Positions 24,707 through 25,801 of a DNA stretch of 25,801 nucleotides are shown here, piece after piece. Below the pieces are notes generated by a model, which was given only the letters and a program-made list of their open reading frames with translations, did no database searches and was not told the DNA's origin. Positions within the stretch are counted from its first letter, which is position 1. Every line of letters starts with the position of its first letter. Position numbers and translations under genes: made by a program. The stretch is from a virus (taxonomy: Duplodnaviria > Caudoviricetes), in the IMG/VR virus record IMGVR_UViG_3300008450_011334, positions 1 to 25,801 of that record. One strand, given 5' to 3'.

Positions 24707-24898
24707 ATGATGGACAACTTATATAACTACGTATTTTGGTATAATCCATATCAAGAATTATGGTACGCAATACCAACAACCCAATACATTGATTTTTTTA
24801 GCGGTGAAAGAAAACCAACCGATGCTCTAAAATCAAAAAGTATAGACACACTAATTCATATTGTTCAATATCCCGAATCAATTTCTAATTTAGATTAA
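24707..24898 (+). CDS. Hypothetical protein
   Basis: 63 aa; LYNYVFWYNPY..LWYAIP...KSKSIDTL. Confidence 0.75.
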   Translation: MMDNLYNYVFWYNPYQELWYAIPTTQYIDFFSGERKPTDALKSKSIDTLIHIVQYPESISNLD

Positions 24899-24905
24899 AA
24901 CTAAA

Positions 24906-25217
24906 ATGAGACTAAGCATAGAACAAAAACGTCGTCAAGCAGTAATTGACTTGATTAACCAAATGTTTATTATTGCAGGACACCAAGTAACGTACGATGA
25001 TATTAAAGATCGTAAAGATGATTGGTATACTCAATGGACTATGAGCCCCGAACAAAACACCGAGTGGCAAGATTGGGGAGTAGAATATTTGAAAAAAAAC
25101 CTTAAAATGAATAAAAAAATAGCCGAAACCGAGATGGCTTGGGTAAGCTTGATGTGGGGACTAAAATTTGATAGAAATCCATATGAGGAACAAACCAATG
25201 AGCAAACCAACTCTTAA
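24906..25217 (+). CDS. Hypothetical protein (Trp-rich)
   Basis: 103 aa; WY..WTM..EQ..EW..WG...L.MWGL. Confidence 0.75.
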   Translation: MRLSIEQKRRQAVIDLINQMFIIAGHQVTYDDIKDRKDDWYTQWTMSPEQNTEWQDWGVEYLKKNLKMNKKIAETEMAWVSLMWGLKFDRNPYEEQTNEQTNS

Positions 25218-25389
25218 TTCAGGTTACTACCACGAGATGGTAGACAGGCTACACGTGTTGATGTGTACGATGGATGATCATCTGTTGCAACATCCGGTAG
25301 CAAAGCTGGATAAAAATGTGAGTGAGAAGATTGCTGCGGCTCTTGATTTGCTAGCGGAGGCCTATCAAGAGGTAGGTTCTAAAATGTAA
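25198..25389 (+). CDS. Small helical hypothetical protein (start revised from 25168)
   Basis: MSKPTLNSGYYHEMVDRLHV...HLLQHPV...L.EAYQ.VG. Confidence 0.7.
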   Translation: MSKPTLNSGYYHEMVDRLHVLMCTMDDHLLQHPVAKLDKNVSEKIAAALDLLAEAYQEVGSKM

Positions 25390-25411
25390 AATAAAAAGTG
25401 TATATACGGAT

Positions 25412-25801
25412 ATGAATAAATTGGATAAACAATACCAAGCGCTTTTAAAGGACATACTGGAGTATGGGGTTGAAAAAAGTGACCGTACCGGAACAGGTAC
25501 AAAGTCGATTTTTGGGTACATGATTCATCATAATATGAGGGATGGGTTTCCGTTGTTGACTACTAAAAAAATGGCTTGGAAAACTATGGTAACTGAGTTA
25601 CTATGGTTTTTAAAAGGAGATACAAATATTAAGTATTTGGTTGAAAATGGATGCCATATTTGGGATGGTGATGCCTACAAAGGGTATGAAAAACAATGTA
25701 AGATTCACGAAGTAGAACCAATGTCTAAAGAAGCTTTTATTTCTGCAATTAAACTTGGTGATTCTAAAAAATTGCATTTCATTCCAAATTTAACAGGCTA
25801 T
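25412..25801 (+). CDS. thyA: Thymidylate synthase ThyA, 3'-truncated by window edge (not in ORF track)
   Basis: MNKLDKQYQALLKDILEYG..KSDRTGTGTKSIFG...GFPLLTTKKM...ELLWFLKGDTNIKYL....CHIWD. Confidence 0.95.
   Translation, partial: MNKLDKQYQALLKDILEYGVEKSDRTGTGTKSIFGYMIHHNMRDGFPLLTTKKMAWKTMVTELLWFLKGDTNIKYLVENGCHIWDGDAYKGYEKQCKIHEVEPMSKEAFISAIKLGDSKKLHFIPNLTGY

Noticed and set aside
1-25801. Stop-codon reassignment (as in some Bacteroidota phages)
   Set aside because: Genes are full length and tile the window in the standard code; TGA ends many genes and TAG ends 7609-8301 at a normal overlap.
25412-25801. ThyA as a dCMP/dUMP hydroxymethylase for base modification
   Set aside because: The visible N-terminus is canonical ThyA (DRTGTGT, FPLLTTKK, ELLWFL); the specificity-determining residues lie beyond the window, so there is no support.

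Overview
AT-rich, very densely packed 25.8 kb segment. Every credible gene is on the + strand, many with overlapping stop/start codons, and there are no obvious Shine-Dalgarno motifs. Gene content points to a large lytic dsDNA phage rather than a bacterial chromosome: a T4 gp62-like clamp-loader subunit, a DUF1599 protein, a Cas4/AddB-like nuclease, HNH proteins, many tiny ORFans, and auxiliary metabolic genes (thioesterase, AhpC, ThyA). Promoter-like motifs suggest a Bacteroidota host (inference). The dominant feature is a ~9.4 kb sugar-modification operon (3060-12473): two GT-B glycosyltransferases, a His-type (ColD/RfbH-like) PMP-dependent 3-dehydratase, an RmlD-like reductase, GT2 proteins, and an unusual run of DUF707 + GDP-mannose 3,5-epimerase + GT75 (RGP/STELLO-like) genes, families best known from plants. 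Further glyco genes are scattered (GT2 at 1455, HldE-type kinase, FkbM, GT2 at 21695). Two classes of intergenic motif are visible: TTTGG-N19-TA(T/C)ATT (6 exact-spacing copies plus 1 variant) and ATAT(T/G)TAT (4 intergenic copies). The second class heads the glyco operon and a two-gene unit whose products look like protease-processed virion-internal proteins. Five small ORFs and the 5' part of thyA, all missing from the ORF track, were added. All family calls come from motif recognition by eye; no searches were run.
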